DNA of 52,855 nt from an uncultured Candidatus Saccharibacteria bacterium (GTDB taxonomy: Bacteria; Patescibacteriota; Minisyncoccia; Phycocordibacterales; UBA9973), in the NCBI GenBank assembly GCA_964544225.1, contig CAZIZK010000001.1, forward strand, positions 1 to 52,855. Reading direction: 5' to 3'. The position numbers and the translations under genes were made by a program. This document shows positions 51,970 to 52,855 of this stretch, one piece after another. The notes under the pieces were generated by a model. That model worked only from the letters and a program-made list of their open reading frames with translations, was not told the DNA's origin and made no database searches. The stretch's first letter is position 1, and each line of letters opens with the position of its first letter.

Positions 51970-52855
51970 TCTTTTTATTTGATAAGCAAATTTTACTTTT
52001 TAAACATCCCAATAGTTCTCTTTTCTCAATATCACTTCCTTCCCTTAATACATATCTAGCATATCCTCGTATATCTACACTTGGTATACTGACTTTTTCT
52101 TTAGTTCCTAAAAAGAAATTCTGTAAGTTAGTGAATTTCTCAACATCTGCTTTAATTTTTTCTTTAATTTGAATTTCATTGATGTCTATTTTTTCAATTA
52201 ATTCCTCAAACTGTTTGAGAATGTCTTTCTCTTCCGTATATCCACATTTACAATCAGCTCCTCTGGCTTTAGTACAGCCATAATATACATATCTTGTAAT
52301 TGTTCCGTTTTTGTATTTCTTAAACTTCTCATCTGCACATATACCTGATCCACAAAGTCCACAGGTCATCATTTTGGTGAAAGCAAATTCTTTGTTTTCA
52401 ATTCTAAGCACATTACTTTTAATTTGATCTTGGACCAAATTAAATAACTCTTTAGTAATTAATGGTTCATGTTTTCCTGTATACCAATTGCCTGATTTTT
52501 TAGGATATTCAAATACTCCATAGTAATAGGGGTTATCTAATATCTTGTATATATTACCGAGACTTAAATGTTTTTTTCCATTAGAAGTTCTAAAGTTTAA
52601 ATCAAATCTAAGCCAGTTATATATCTTTCTTCCACTCCAATGCTCATATGCTACTTTCTCAAACATCTTCTTGATAGCTGGTGATCTTTCTGGGTCTAAA
52701 ATAGCTTGGCATTTTCTGTCGGTCCTTTTCTCATTTAAATAACCAGTAGGTGCTACACCTGGTCTTAATCCCATTTCACATCTTGTCCTTAATCCTCGTC
52801 TAACATTTACACTTTTGTTATCATTTTCAAGTTTTGCCTGAGAACATAAAATCAT
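51944..52855 (-). CDS. large serine recombinase, C-terminal part (catalytic N-terminus beyond window)
   Basis: S..V.RG......G..P..AP.GY, IKKMFE, I...L.NPYY.G, G.HEPLI..ELF..VQ, and a zinc ribbon CGLCG...YY.C. Confidence 0.88.
   Translation of the reverse strand: MILCSQAKLENDNKSVNVRRGLRTRCEMGLRPGVAPTGYLNEKRTDRKCQAILDPERSPAIKKMFEKVAYEHWSGRKIYNWLRFDLNFRTSNGKKHLSLGNIYKILDNPYYYGVFEYPKKSGNWYTGKHEPLITKELFNLVQDQIKSNVLRIENKEFAFTKMMTCGLCGSGICADEKFKKYKNGTITRYVYYGCTKARGADCKCGYTEEKDILKQFEELIEKIDINEIQIKEKIKADVEKFTNLQNFFLGTKEKVSIPSVDIRGYARYVLREGSDIEKRELLGCLKSKICLSNKKITLSQYPQ

Larger units (their letters stand above)
46760..52855. mobile_element. putative genomic island between tRNA-Ser and a large serine recombinase (right end outside window)
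   Basis: Visibly AT-richer DNA, a strand switch, small accessory genes, tRNA adjacency and a recombinase. Confidence 0.6.

Noticed and set aside
1432-52742. The many 60-235-aa ORFs nested antisense or out of frame within long genes (e.g. 39511-40218, 27818-28402, 24495-25067)
   Set aside because: They are fully contained in well-supported genes on the other strand or frame and are typical shadows of codon bias.

Overview
A 52.9 kb chromosomal window that most likely comes from a Candidate Phyla Radiation (Patescibacteria, Parcubacteria/OD1-like) bacterium using genetic code 11. This assignment is an inference from divergent 16S signatures, a monoderm-type type IV pilus locus and typical gene content. 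The window holds the 5' half of a 16S rRNA gene, seven tRNA genes and housekeeping genes (secG, rnj, pyrG, ftsE/ftsX, prfB, a DEAD-box helicase, gatA/gatC, ligA, rlmB, an ABC-F protein). It also holds a ~12.5 kb type IV pilus/competence cluster (pilM-N-O, pilB, REC, pilT, pilC, two major pilins, pilD, four minor pilins, divergent comF), a class F sortase operon with an LPxTG-anchored DUF3494 ice-binding-like protein, and an AT-rich island running from a tRNA-Ser to a large serine recombinase cut by the window edge. Most unusual observations: (1) a structurally intact tRNA-Ser with an ACT anticodon (A34 in the split Ser/Arg box), divergent from a normal tRNA-Ser(GCT); (2) three tRNA genes (Thr, fMet, Ser) each preceded by copies of their own 5' ~20-26 nt; (3) a sortase-anchored ice-binding-like protein; (4) a membrane-anchored Pif1 helicase; (5) a 68-bp MITE-like element that supplies the C-terminus of a shortened RF2; (6) a structured element downstream of tRNA-Gln; (7) an unannotated 41-aa Glu-rich ORF; (8) at least 12 genes with a -10 box exactly 6 nt before ATG, suggesting leaderless mRNAs. 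All calls were made by eye from motifs and no database searches were run.
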